DNA of 63,475 nucleotides, filler included, from Reclinomonas americana ATCC 50394 (Eukaryota): NCBI GenBank assembly GCA_048213135.1. It is 14 parts of 14 records of this genome, joined end to end, with 100 filler letters (N's around TTAATTAATTAA, not from the genome) between each part and the next. Parts side by side here need not be neighbours in the genome. Positions count along the whole stretch, not along the records: positions 61,314 to 63,475 come from AFZH01023432.1; 13 more parts are not named here. One strand, 5' to 3'. Shown piece by piece: positions 63,230 to 63,475 of this stretch (position 1 is its first letter; each line of letters starts with the position of its first letter). The notes under the pieces were generated by a model. It saw only the letters and a program-made list of their open reading frames with translations, ran no database searches and was not told where the DNA came from. The position numbers and the translations under genes were made by a program.

Positions 63230-63475
63230 GTTCTAGATTCTTGCTCAGAAGTCTGTTTCGATACAAGGCCGTCGTGCCGACAACGACACGTGCACGACAG
63301 ATTACGTAGAAAGAAAAACACATAGATATTTAATTATTGACAGGAATTGTCGTGCGACAGACATTGTGGCTACCATGATGGTGCCACGTCGACAGGATTT
63401 GTCGTGTGACAGGAACTGTCATAAAAGGCCGGCCGCGAAAACTCTGTATAATGGGGGGGTGAAGGTCGAAGTATT

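Overview
This is a fragment of a microbial eukaryote (protist-like) draft genome, not a prokaryote. It is intron-rich and full of (CA)n/(GA)n microsatellites. It consists of 14 contigs joined by 13 artificial 100-bp spacers (N44-TTAATTAATTAA-N44). One gene (CWF19L2) reads in order across three spacers, so at least part of the contig order is a real scaffold. Recognisable genes are V-ATPase subunit d (first exon), a ferric-reductase/FNR oxidoreductase, a DeSI/PPPDE peptidase, MCM5, CWC21/SRRM2, an ankyrin protein, Rab1, HROB, DIM1, a JAMM/MPN+ protease, CWF19L2, an M14 carboxypeptidase, a BET1-like SNARE, an FN3 surface protein, a tubby-like protein and a MORN protein. Three observations stand out. 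(1) Two paralogous NLR-like STAND genes, once spliced, read [beta-grasp/Ubl-like]-[HEPN RxxxxH]-[NACHT]-[pentapeptide]-[14 WD40 with hypervariable surface positions]; this is a candidate RNase-effector innate immune receptor family. (2) A recurrent class of +1-shifted 5' splice sites (GTTGCGT/GTTGAGT) always follows exons ending in A, C or T. (3) A gene with 7 CCHC zinc knuckles plus a GIY-YIG endonuclease, whose catalytic C-terminus is hidden behind an intron. All domain calls are by eye from motifs; no database searches were run.
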